The notes beneath the pieces were generated by a model that searched no databases, was not told the DNA's origin, and saw only the letters and a program-made list of their open reading frames with translations. Below are positions 31,601 to 38,372 of a stretch of 59,423 bases of DNA, piece after piece (within the stretch, counting starts at the first letter, position 1; each line of letters starts with the position of its first letter). The stretch comes from a virus (lineage: Duplodnaviria > Caudoviricetes). The DNA lies in IMG/VR virus record IMGVR_UViG_3300044723_010080, positions 1 to 59,423 of that record; one strand, 5' to 3'. The position numbers and the translations under genes are program-made.

Positions 31601-33111
31601 GCTCACCTGACAAAGCTTGGAAAAATGTTTATGCTGACGCTATCGTGCTTGATGATATATCGCTACTACCTGAAGATGTTAGATCGATACAAGGTGCTGG
31701 AAGCATTGTCTCAACGAACAGTGGATACTGGAACGATGGATACACACATACAACTAGACTCACCAGTGAGACTGAAATTTTAACAGACAGGGTCGATTCA
31801 TTGTATCATTACACAATAAACAATTTTGACAAGAGTGTTGTCACATACGAGCCTCGATTGGATCAGTATATTGAAGATGAGATGGTACCAGGATCAATGA
31901 TGCTTGGTGATGTTGTGATAATTGCAGCAGAGAACACAGCATATCTTTTGTCTAAAAATGATGGTAGTTCAGTAGATGATTGGACACCAGTTCGCGCCAA
32001 ACCAAACACACTATTTTACAAGACAAATCTTTTGGATGGTAATGTTGTTGATAGTATAGACATGACGAGATACAAATCTGCGAAGTACACTATAGAAATA
32101 GAGGCAGCTGATCAAATAATGTTCACTGAGATCAGCATGATAACAAACGGAATCAACGGCAAGTTGGTTGAGTATTGTATCAATCATACAACAGATGAAC
32201 CATTTATCGAGTTTGAAGTCAACATGAACAGTCAGACATCCGAGTGTGAATTGATCATGAAAGAGATTCCTAACATACAGACATTATGGGATCCCGGGGT
32301 GTTAACTGCTAAATCATTCACATGGCTTGATGCTGCAGATTCAAGCAAGATTGAACTGGATAGCTTGAACACATTCACCAAGTGGCGCAACAGCGGAAAG
32401 ACAGATTTGTACATGTGGGCACATGCAGGATCTGAACCAGAGTATGTCACCACTGGACCTGAACAACTCAACAACCGCAATGTGTTGAAGTTCACCGGAA
32501 ACACAGACTTTATCGAATCTGCATACGAAGATGGTGAATCACGCGGCAAGTGGAACGAGGATCCAGTTGTTTGGTATCTGGTTTTCAAACCCACGGGTGT
32601 TGATAACTTTCATGATTACTTGCTGTGGTTCGAACAAAGCACCGGGCAGAATCTAGCGATCGTACCAGGAGATAATGATGAATTTTACGGTCGTGTGTGG
32701 ATGAAAACAAATGAATTAGGCAATGGTCCATATCCATTCACCAAGTCGTTCAGTCCAACAGACTTAATAAATCAATGGAACATATTTGAGTTAGAGATCA
32801 ATCCTGTGACACAAAAATCATCGATGTATTTGAATGGTCATTTGATTCAAGAGGATGTGGATATGGATTATGAATTTTTGAAAACATCGGAACATAAATT
32901 CAAGCTACATGCTAATTGGATCGGTAGTCAATTCACAGACGGTTACTTGGCAGAATTTTTAGTGTTGGAGGATTATCAACGCGTACAAACAGAAGGTTAC
33001 CTTGCATGGAAGTGGGGACTCGCTGATAAACTACCTGATAATCATACATACAAGAACAGAGCGCCACAAGCACCATGCGTGTTCAAAGGCAACAGAACTA
33101 ATCTTTTTTAA
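19657..33111 (+). CDS. Giant (4484 aa) repetitive fibre protein with C-terminal LamG-like domain
   Basis: 14-aa W-periodic TSANW repeats and recurring DSATNNSDYNRTT, VIDIKVRELSGYDIIDG and His-rich FGD modules. C-terminal WLDAAD...EGYLAWKWGL. Confidence 0.85.
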   Translation: MAKCNNNITVASLPTCDNVNENDYLIVYNNDSTCKVKFSDFVFGAENLDFYPDLEELILNVESLNSVVIPGSANWNSVYTTVQLNSAGWESLADGDVPTLLQQVRENGGRWDDVASTVSNTSGSWDSTTALVNQKYSTWDRVAIEFDSSKDNWDSAYNATRDGIQAIYEALAMIETQPWYEYLTINTGDGDGDGTGIGGVNYAAFHSLYTTVELNSASWEESFEISTLSARVDDLEQTIMDGYPFLSLQGGTVTGRVNISDDLYVTGDIRATGDLYVNKNSIVFSDDQTWSSDDATHSKQVFNNYSELSAAFEATTNLVNENNATWEQASNTVLENEIRWNSAYERIQSSASSWDQAVSSVNANRDDWSWAYNTVTTSKIAWDQAADKINASEDEWDYAYRAVLSGSINWNNTSNVVTDNADDWTDTHDIVVAKQSDWDQAYNIVVANSNSWNDVTTRVSSDASKWDQIYTIVTANSAKWSDQPDVTLLTGLLAKQTFWDQAYTIVTANSADWSDQPDVTSLLTKQAFWDQTYTIVTANSSYWSDSIRQLQVDIDDLTVEVGDVATIVRTNSAEWFSPPELTAIVSTGSANWNQTYSWMLSDSPTNNTTYNQSTFVNVSGDAMTGSLSVDADVSVHDNLKIYEGKIIFGDGQVFHGVVHDPLATEELTKQNVKDFKSVYNVVHNNSGDWFSPPELTALIEDTHSVVSMNSASWEESHEIEQFASYIRGVSGGWEDTHNWVEQTSATNNPTYNQATFVNVSGDTMTGDLNVDANVNIHDDINLVEGSIIFGDGQYFHGVTHDPAAIEELNKQHVRDFKDVQSVVSTNSGDWFSPPELTALVNATHLTVNTNSGSWSDAYNTLSTASAEWDVAYSYVTTESATNNTAYNRSTFVNVSGDTMTGPLCAEQNIHILDGDLVFGDDGVAHGHEHTPGEIEVLSKQDLRNLKGVYSTVFINSGNWFTPPEIITLLNSSSANWNYAYDTVVAREEDWDATAQRVELSGDHWDHAHTIVLVNSANWNATYSRVYTSGDNWDSTYHRVDQSADNWDQTHTDVEASKGRWTAAASWVESESATNNSDYNRTTFVNVTGDTITGDLDVNGRLHAASDLNITAGSLLFGDGDWDHDIYHAPENLESLSKQDVRNFKNVYTDVSETSANWNSTYSWIQTDSATNNSDYNRTTFVNVTGDTITGDLDITGKITSNEAYFTSITAVSSFVDVIDIKVRELSGYDIIDGDLSVDGDVSAQSNLYVTDGRITFGDNHLAHGFEHAPEEIEHLTKHDVRDFKSTYSTVYTNSADWVDSMSLVRSSSANWESAYNSVLTTSADWNSTRNSVNTTSANWDSVYTDVSVNSADWNSTHASVLTTSANWNNVYTDVSVNSADWNSTRLSVNTTSANWNNVYTDVSETSGDWNSTRLSVNSTSAEWNSVYSFVNTDSATNNSDYNRTTYVNTSGDTITGDLDITGHVEITERIGLGDDLNLTTGNILFGDGDWDHGIYHAPENLESLTKQDVRNFKNVYTDVSETSAEWNSVYSFVNADSATNNSDYNRTTFVNTSGDTITGDLDITGHLSGTTAVFTSITALSSFVDVIDIKVRELSGYDIIDGDLSVGGDVSAENDLYVTDGKITFGDNHLAHGFEHAPEEIEHLTKHDVRDFKSTRLSVYSTSADWNSTRNSVYGASANWNNVYTDVSVNSADWNSTRLSVNTTSANWNNVYTDVSETSGDWNSTRNSVNTTSANWDNVYTDVSETSASWDSVYNFVNADSATNNSDYNRTTFVNTSGDTITGDLDITGKLTGNEAYFTSITAVSSFVDVIDIKVRELSGYDIIDGDLSVGGKTTIDTDLFITHGDITFGDSGLAHEHEHTPEEIEHLTKYDVRDFKSTRLSVYTTSGDWDSTHASVFDTSASWDSVYSFVNTDSATNNSDYNRTTFVNVTGDLMTGPLSSTDNIHVLEGKIIFGDDGFTHGHDHTPEDLEDFTKRDLRDFKSTYTSVYDTSANWDSVHASVLATSGDWDSTHTSVYDTSANWDSVHASVLATSTNWDNVYTDVSETSAEWDSVYSFVNADSATNNSDYNRTTFVNVTGDTITGDLDIQGHLTGTTAVFTSITALSSVVDVIDIKARELSGYDIIDGNLSVDGDVSVQNDLYITDGRLTFGDNHMVHGFAHAPEEIEDLTKYDVRDFKSTRLSVYTTSGNWDSVHASVLTTSSNWDSVYNWVHADSATNNSDYNRTTYVNVSGDLMTGPLSSTDNIHLLEGELVFGDDGFTHGHDHTPEDIERFTKRDLKDFKSTYTSVYDTSANWDSVHASVLATSAEWDSVYSFVNTDSATNNSDYNRTTYVNVTGDTITGSLSVVENFDVDGNTRLRGDLIVDGDVWFTAGNQGGKVTINLGDNDTDNIVFNADVDSNIAPDKDVTYTLGTTANQWKTLHVQDVEASNDITADNNLYITHGDLIFGDSGYDHGHEHTPEEVEHLNKFDVRNFKSTHLSVFNTSANWDNVYTDVSVNSADWNSTRNSVHATSASWDSVYSFVNADSATNNSDYNRTTYVNVTGDTITGHLNVSDRVELSNDLNLLTGSVLFGDGDWEHDSYHASENLESLTKQDVKNFKNVYTDVSETSASWDSVYSFVNADSATNNSDYNRTTFVNVTGDTITGDLDITGKITSNEAYFTSLTAVSSFVDVIDIKVRELSGYDIIDGDLSVGGDVSAENNLYVTDGKITFGDNHLAHGFVHAPEEIEHLTKYDVRDFKSTYSTVYTNSARWGQAYTFLNQNSANWESTYQSVLTTSANWDNVYTDVSVNSADWMSTYASVYNTSGNWDSTHASVLANSANWDSVYSWVKADSATNNSAYNETTYVNVAGDTITGSLEVQQEIITMNINSGAPENRLLLLGGSQWDNGARIELYGANNSNSVLDGRVHIHSNDLFVGDVYDAVDGNAPWMFRINVDQEQVMIGGLNPIDDSMLSIHGKTTIDGDTKITGDVTTSNVVFNGTGASETLTKQDVKNFKNVYTDVSVNSADWNSTRNSVYGASANWNNVYTDVSVNSADWNSTRNSVYGASANWNNVYTDVSETSASWDSVYSFVNADSATNNSDYNRTTYVNTSGDTITGDLDITGKITSNEAYFTSLTAVSSFVDVIDIKVRELSGYDIIDGDLSVGGDVSAENNLYVTDGKITFGDNHLAHGFVHAPEEIEHLTKHDVRDFKSTYSTVYTNSALWTSSFDQVRALSANWESTYITMLTNSGNWFNTHLTVNELSANWNSTYASVYSTSGNWDSTHASVLANSANWDSVYSWVKADSATNNSAYNHATYVDITGDVMTGGLEVQQGIVTQMIRSNDPTKKLGLYGGSGVDDGARIEILGGNQGNSSNDNRIQLHADDIFVGDVFDPIDNNNPWVFRIKVDDQNIVIGGLNPIDNSVLTVHGYTTIDGDARVTGNIKVGDITFNGTGEIENLTKLDVRNFKSTYTSVYDTSANWDSVHASVLATSADWNSTYTSVYETSALWDSVYNSVFETSGDWNSTRTSVFETSADWNSTRTSVFETSGDWNSTRTSVFETSADWNSVYNWVQADSATNNSDYNRTTYVNVTGDAITGDLDISNRVSAYEGYFTSLTAVSSFVDVIDIKVRELSGYDIIDGDLRVDGDTTVDRLLLGEDKDPLTEFTGGQTLNITNDDDSRVSSKYKYTHAVNVYGTSNFLINGVEFQAETQGYGSNWSISDSTGNALHLETTSVSGYVGEMLADNHRYIVDTQTITLSGLATGRKYAFTMYNQAWSTDNVPKRALISSDSDTSIVPVDQNEFVGSTDGQIVEYVFVAHDDVVTISITPDPDSSWNLYAFSNREVWSYGTETLTSLDVSNFKSTYTSVYETSASWDSVYSFVNADSATNNSDYNRTTYVNVSGDTITGSLSVQQDITIDGTTMLSGEMFIDGHATFNNGVTAENNVYIKGDLRVDGNVWLLAGVGDVINVGESADDVVVFQAPVDSGIVPFETGVHNLGSPDKAWKNVYADAIVLDDISLLPEDVRSIQGAGSIVSTNSGYWNDGYTHTTRLTSETEILTDRVDSLYHYTINNFDKSVVTYEPRLDQYIEDEMVPGSMMLGDVVIIAAENTAYLLSKNDGSSVDDWTPVRAKPNTLFYKTNLLDGNVVDSIDMTRYKSAKYTIEIEAADQIMFTEISMITNGINGKLVEYCINHTTDEPFIEFEVNMNSQTSECELIMKEIPNIQTLWDPGVLTAKSFTWLDAADSSKIELDSLNTFTKWRNSGKTDLYMWAHAGSEPEYVTTGPEQLNNRNVLKFTGNTDFIESAYEDGESRGKWNEDPVVWYLVFKPTGVDNFHDYLLWFEQSTGQNLAIVPGDNDEFYGRVWMKTNELGNGPYPFTKSFSPTDLINQWNIFELEINPVTQKSSMYLNGHLIQEDVDMDYEFLKTSEHKFKLHANWIGSQFTDGYLAEFLVLEDYQRVQTEGYLAWKWGLADKLPDNHTYKNRAPQAPCVFKGNRTNLF
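28651..28833 (+). repeat. 84-bp near-perfect tandem duplication within the giant gene
   Basis: The unit acagatgttagtgtcaacagcgcggattgg...gctagcgccaattggaacaatgttta is repeated. Confidence 0.85.
30148..30306 (+). repeat. 84-bp tandem duplication within the giant gene
   Basis: The unit agtgtttttgaaacaagcggagattggaacagcacacgaacaagtgtatttgaaacgagtgctgattggaatagt occurs twice. Confidence 0.85.
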
Positions 33112-33149
33112 AATATAGAAAAATCATTTAACAAACAATAAATAATCAC

Positions 33150-35012
33150 ATGGCACTACAAAAAGACTTCAAAGTAAAAGATACAATTAACGTCGGGGTG
33201 TCCGGTTTGTTTGGTTCCGGTATACGGATCGGCGACGGATCCACTTTCCCATCAGCAATTCCAGCTATTGACGCTTGGGGGCCCATCTTGTCAGGTGGTT
33301 ATGATATTTCAGACTTCTTCGGAGATGGAGTTGACAACATCAAGGAAGGTAGTGATACACAAGGTACCTTTCAGTTCCAGACTCAGAATGATGCTTGGAC
33401 ATTTGAACGTACCAATGATCCTACCGACGATATTTGGACCGATGTAGAAGTATTAGGATTACAAGGATATGACAGTCCTACATTCACAAATTTAACACTA
33501 AGTGGTACAAACGGTGTAGCATACTTAAGCGCAGCGCAAGAGCTGATCATCGATCCGATCAAATCCGGTGAAAACAAAGATGGTATTGGTGGATCAGTTC
33601 GAATCAAAGGTGATTTGTATGTTGATGGTACCACAACCACGATCAACAGCAGCACGGTAAGTCTCAGTGACGCAGTTGTGCAGCTCGGTTATGGTGAAGA
33701 TGCGTTTCTTGATGCTGATGGTAAAGTACCAACCGGTGGAGTAGGTGTACAAGCAGGAGCAATCACTGACGCCACAATACTTTACAAAGGTACAAACGGA
33801 TGGGAAATCAATGGTAACTCGTTGACATCACTTGTTGATTTCAACGTTGGAGCAAGTGGTGATCTTTTCCAAGTAGACGCTTCCAACGGCGATGTGTATA
33901 CAGACGGTACTTTGAGCGTCAATGGTAACACAACACTCAGTGGTGCATTCACAATTGTAAGTCCAGATGGTGCTGACGCTGCTACAAAATTGAGCATCAC
34001 ACAAGCCGGTGCGATTGATGGTGAGAGCACATTGAACATTGCTGGTCTTGCCACATTTGAGAATGATGGTACTAATGGTGAAACAGTAGCGATCAGCTCG
34101 CTTGGAGGTGTGAGTCTCAGTGGAGATTTACGCGTTGATGACCATGGTAATAGTGATACCAATCATTTCTTGGTTGACAACAACACCGGAGAGACCACAA
34201 TCGCTAGCGCCACGATCAGTGATTTGACCAACGATCGTATCGTTATTGTTGGTTCTAGCAAACAACTGGAAGATTCTATCGACTTTACGTTTAATGGTAC
34301 AGCACTCAATGTAGGTCAAGGTAAATTCACAGCTGACACCACCGGTAACGTTGTTGCTGATGGTAATGTGAGTATCAATGGAACAACAAGCCTGAGTGGT
34401 GATCTCACGATCAGCACTGACGGACCTGATGATGTTGAAAAATTCAGCGTGACACAGGCTACTGGTAATGTTCATACAGAAGGTGCAATCACAGCTGTCG
34501 GATCAGCAACATTGAGTGGTGATCTGGTTATCAAAACCACTGCAACAAACAACACAGTTTTCACTGTTGACGATGCTAATGGTAATGTAACCACACAAGG
34601 AACACTTGAAGTTGAAGGTGAAACAACTCTCAATGATGTGTTGACACTGAGTGGTCATGATCTAACCGCCAGCAGCAAAACAGCAGTTTACACAGGAGTC
34701 ACAGTTGCAGCTGGAGCTGCGGACAGTTACATCGCGACACTACCAGCCACAAATCTCAACAGCGCCAAATACATCGTCACTGTTGATGGTGGTACTGGAA
34801 AGAGTGTGATTGAGTTGTTAGTAGCTCAAACTGACGCCGGAGCTGTTGATGGTACAGCTTATGGTCAGGTTGATGTAAAGGCTAATCAATCAGACGATGC
34901 ACAATTACAAGACATCACAGTTGCTCTCGACGGATCAACAATTGGTATATCTGTAACAGGTGCAGGTGCTGACACAGCAGTGACAGTCTTTGCTACAGGT
35001 TATTACAACTAA
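33150..35012 (+). CDS. Virion structural/fibre protein (620 aa)
   Basis: N-terminal DFKVKD, GDLYVDGTTTTINS, beta-rich repeats and a C-terminal SAKY-type domain. TAAATA upstream. Confidence 0.7.
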   Translation: MALQKDFKVKDTINVGVSGLFGSGIRIGDGSTFPSAIPAIDAWGPILSGGYDISDFFGDGVDNIKEGSDTQGTFQFQTQNDAWTFERTNDPTDDIWTDVEVLGLQGYDSPTFTNLTLSGTNGVAYLSAAQELIIDPIKSGENKDGIGGSVRIKGDLYVDGTTTTINSSTVSLSDAVVQLGYGEDAFLDADGKVPTGGVGVQAGAITDATILYKGTNGWEINGNSLTSLVDFNVGASGDLFQVDASNGDVYTDGTLSVNGNTTLSGAFTIVSPDGADAATKLSITQAGAIDGESTLNIAGLATFENDGTNGETVAISSLGGVSLSGDLRVDDHGNSDTNHFLVDNNTGETTIASATISDLTNDRIVIVGSSKQLEDSIDFTFNGTALNVGQGKFTADTTGNVVADGNVSINGTTSLSGDLTISTDGPDDVEKFSVTQATGNVHTEGAITAVGSATLSGDLVIKTTATNNTVFTVDDANGNVTTQGTLEVEGETTLNDVLTLSGHDLTASSKTAVYTGVTVAAGAADSYIATLPATNLNSAKYIVTVDGGTGKSVIELLVAQTDAGAVDGTAYGQVDVKANQSDDAQLQDITVALDGSTIGISVTGAGADTAVTVFATGYYN

Positions 35013-35032
35013 TTCAGTTTAGATAGTGCTTT

Positions 35033-35065
35033 AAAAAAGACCGGCGGAAACGTCGGTCTTTTTTT
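35033..35065 (+). terminator. Rho-independent (bidirectional-looking) terminator
   Basis: A-tract, then the hairpin agaccggcg-gaaa-cgtcggtct, then a T-tract. Confidence 0.85.
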
Positions 35066-35088
35066 GTGCGCATACGATAAGTAATAAT

Positions 35089-35107
35089 GTAGGGGACAGT
35101 GAACCTA
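35089..35107 (+). promoter_or_regulatory. Conserved 5'-leader hairpin motif, copy 1
   Basis: gtaggggacagtgaaccta starts 5 nt after TAAGTA (35078-35083) and directly abuts the ATG at 35108. 17/19 identical to copy 2. Confidence 0.6.
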
Positions 35108-38100
35108 ATGACAGTTGAAGATAAAAATTTTAACATAAAGAACGGATTGAGTGTGGGTACCGGTAAACATCAGGTACTGGACAGCAATGCGCGTATAACA
35201 GCCAACTACTTCACGCTGAACACGGGAGGTAGATATTTGAGTGCTGGTGTGGATCTATATGATTTGATCTCGACACAAGGTGTACCCCCTGTTTCAACAA
35301 ATGCATGGAATTACACACATGATCGAGTGTTGCAACATGGTGACATTTGGGACAGTGTATACAGCTGGGTACAATCCGACAGCTCAACAAACAACACAAC
35401 ATACAATCATACTAACTATATAAACATCACCGGTGGTAGGGTTGTGAATGACTTTGCTGTTGGTGGTGAAACATACTTGGAAGGTAGTTTGAGAGTGGAT
35501 GGACATGCATATCTGAGTGCTGCTATGTATATAGAAAATGATACATATGTGATGGGTAATTTGAGGGTTGATGGCGATGTGTGGTTGGCAGTCGAAGGAG
35601 TGTATCCTAAAACAGTTTATGTAGGCGCGACAAATGATGATAATATAGTGTTTGTTGCTGATGTGAGCAGCAATTTTATACCCGATAGCGACATCACATA
35701 TGATCTGGGCACGAATGAGCAACAATGGTACAATCTGTATGTACAAGACATTAGTGCCAGTCAAAATGTTTGGGTGGGTAACGATTTGATGGTCAGTGGC
35801 AACGGCACCATTGGTACTGACTTCCGTGTGAGTGGACACACAACTATTGCTGGTGACACGGTGCTCAGTGGCACATTGGATGTCAAAGAGTTCACAACAT
35901 TACACGATGATCTGAGTGTCATTGGTGACATGTACGTTGATGGTAATGTTTTCTTGAGTGGCGGGCAGAGTGGTGACATATATCTTGGCACCGGAGATGA
36001 TGACAATGTTGTATTCAATGCTGACGTTGACAGCGGAATTAAACCTGATGACGACGTGACATATGATCTCGGTACAAGCACGCAACAATGGAGAGAGCTA
36101 TTTGTACAAGACATCAGTGCAAGTAATGACGTTTTTGTTGATAACGACCTGTTGGTGAGTGCTAATGGTACTATTGGTACTGATTTCCGTGTCAGCGGAC
36201 ACACAACTGTTGGTGGTGATACTGTTTTGAGTGGCACATTGGATGTTAATAACTTTGCTACATTTTTTGATGATGTCAGCGTGCGTGGCGATCTGTATGT
36301 GGATGGTAACGCATATTTGAGTGCTGGTGCGGATGGTAACATATATGTTGGTGATGTTGACACAGATAATATTGTTTTCAGAGCTGATATCAACAGTTCA
36401 TTGATACCACAAACCCATCATGCATTTAACATCGGTACAGATGACAAACACTGGGACACACTGTATGTGCGTGATGTGAGTGCAAACGGTGACGTCAAAA
36501 TAACTGATACATTGTTTGTGGACAAAATCAAACCTGACAATGAGACGCGTGACACTGTAGACATAAACGCTGGTACGATCAATCTACAACACGGTGCAGA
36601 TATTTATTATGGTTCTGGAATGTCCATCACCTCCAATCAAATACGCTTCAATAGTGATCGATTTCTCTTTGGTGACACAAGAGAAACTGCTGATGGTTGG
36701 CGGCCATGGGTGTTACAAATTGATGTAGACAATCAACATATGTTGATTGATGCTGCGATCACAGCGAAACTAGATGCAACATTTGAACAGAACTTGACCG
36801 TGCTTGGAAGCACCACACTTGGTAATAACAACACAGACAATATAGTGTTTGTTGCTGATGTTGACAGTAACATCATACCTGATGATGATACAACATACGA
36901 TCTAGGCACAAGTGAACAGCAATGGCGTGAGTTGTTTGTACAAGACATCAGTGCCAGCCGTGACGTTTGGATTGACAACGATTTGATGGTCAGCGGCAAC
37001 GGCACTATTGGTACTGACTTTCGTGTGAGTGGTCATATGACCGTGAGTGGTAACACTGTGTTGAGTGGTACGCTTGATGTTGATGATGCAACATACATTT
37101 ATGACACACTGGATGTGGAGCTGAAAACAACACTTCATGATGATTTACTAGTAAGTGGTAACACACATATTGTAGGAGATTTACGTGTGGATGGTAACGC
37201 TTATTTGAGTGCTGGTGTAGATGGTATCATAAATGTAGGTGATACTAACACAGACAACGTTGTATTCCACGCTGATATTGACAGTGGGTTAATACCTAAT
37301 AAAGATGTGACATACGATTTAGGTACATCACCACAACAGTGGCGTGAGCTGTTTGTACAAGACATTAGTGCATCACGTGACATCTGGATTGACAATGATT
37401 TGATGGTCAGCGGCAACGGCACAATAGGGGAAGATTTTCGTGTGAGCGGTCACACAACTGTGGGTGGCGACACGGTGCTCAGCGGCACGTTGGATGTTGA
37501 TGGTGCCACGACATTACATGATGATTTGTTTGTGAGCGGTCACACAACTGTGGGTGGCGACACGGTGCTCAGCGGCACGTTGGATGTAGAGCAAGATACC
37601 ACTATACATGGCCACGTAAGTGCAGTTAGTGGTATGTCGTTGACAGGGAATCTTACTGCTGATGATGATGTTTATATCAAAGGTAGTATCATTGTCGAGG
37701 GTCATGCTTATTTTGGTTTCGGTTCCAATACCAATCAAATAACATTGGGTGACCCGAGTGTGGATGAAGTGATCTTTCAAGCTGATGTTGGTAGTGATAT
37801 TTTACCATATCCAACAAATACATACAATATAGGAAGCTTATCCAAGAGATGGTTGACAATATACGCTCACGACCTGGATGTATACAATCAAATTTATACC
37901 AGAGGAAATATAATTACAAATTCGAGTATAATACAACGCAAACCACCAGATCAAAACCCGAGTGATATTGAAACGGTACAAGACATATGGAAAGGATACA
38001 ACGGTCAAACAGGGTTTGCAGAAATCTCAATACCTACTTTTGATTGTACAAAATATCAATCGGTACAGTTTGTTGTGATGGTCAAAGATGAGATAGGTAC

Positions 38101-38302
38101 GAGTATAACTACAGTTAATGCTGATTTTGTATGCAACGGGACAACAATAGACGGTACAGTGTACGGTGATGTAAATGTAGGTACAATGGAACCATTACAA
38201 AATATCACATGTGTGATGAATAGCGATAAATATGAATTGAGACTCACAATATCCAAGTATGCTAAAGCTGTTGTCAGAGGTACAGCTATATATTTACAAT
38301 AA
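35108..38302 (+). CDS. Repetitive virion fibre protein (~1064 aa)
   Basis: N-terminal KNFNIKNGL and repeated DNIVF.ADVDS..IPD.D.TYDLGT..QQW modules. ATG at 35108 preferred over GTG at 35099. Confidence 0.75.
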   Translation: MTVEDKNFNIKNGLSVGTGKHQVLDSNARITANYFTLNTGGRYLSAGVDLYDLISTQGVPPVSTNAWNYTHDRVLQHGDIWDSVYSWVQSDSSTNNTTYNHTNYINITGGRVVNDFAVGGETYLEGSLRVDGHAYLSAAMYIENDTYVMGNLRVDGDVWLAVEGVYPKTVYVGATNDDNIVFVADVSSNFIPDSDITYDLGTNEQQWYNLYVQDISASQNVWVGNDLMVSGNGTIGTDFRVSGHTTIAGDTVLSGTLDVKEFTTLHDDLSVIGDMYVDGNVFLSGGQSGDIYLGTGDDDNVVFNADVDSGIKPDDDVTYDLGTSTQQWRELFVQDISASNDVFVDNDLLVSANGTIGTDFRVSGHTTVGGDTVLSGTLDVNNFATFFDDVSVRGDLYVDGNAYLSAGADGNIYVGDVDTDNIVFRADINSSLIPQTHHAFNIGTDDKHWDTLYVRDVSANGDVKITDTLFVDKIKPDNETRDTVDINAGTINLQHGADIYYGSGMSITSNQIRFNSDRFLFGDTRETADGWRPWVLQIDVDNQHMLIDAAITAKLDATFEQNLTVLGSTTLGNNNTDNIVFVADVDSNIIPDDDTTYDLGTSEQQWRELFVQDISASRDVWIDNDLMVSGNGTIGTDFRVSGHMTVSGNTVLSGTLDVDDATYIYDTLDVELKTTLHDDLLVSGNTHIVGDLRVDGNAYLSAGVDGIINVGDTNTDNVVFHADIDSGLIPNKDVTYDLGTSPQQWRELFVQDISASRDIWIDNDLMVSGNGTIGEDFRVSGHTTVGGDTVLSGTLDVDGATTLHDDLFVSGHTTVGGDTVLSGTLDVEQDTTIHGHVSAVSGMSLTGNLTADDDVYIKGSIIVEGHAYFGFGSNTNQITLGDPSVDEVIFQADVGSDILPYPTNTYNIGSLSKRWLTIYAHDLDVYNQIYTRGNIITNSSIIQRKPPDQNPSDIETVQDIWKGYNGQTGFAEISIPTFDCTKYQSVQFVVMVKDEIGTSITTVNADFVCNGTTIDGTVYGDVNVGTMEPLQNITCVMNSDKYELRLTISKYAKAVVRGTAIYLQ

Positions 38303-38349
38303 ACGGAGAATTTAATGTGGAAAAAGAAAAACATAACATAAATATTATA

Positions 38350-38368
38350 GTAGGGGATAGGGAACCTA
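38350..38368 (+). promoter_or_regulatory. Conserved 5'-leader hairpin motif, copy 2
   Basis: gtaggggatagggaaccta starts 5 nt after TAAATA (38339-38344) and ends 4 nt before the ATG at 38373. Confidence 0.6.
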
Positions 38369-38372
38369 AAAA

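Noticed and set aside
19657-33111. Many antisense and alternative-frame ORFs of 60-200 aa
   Set aside because: Shadow ORFs produced by repetitive, biased codon usage of the giant gene.
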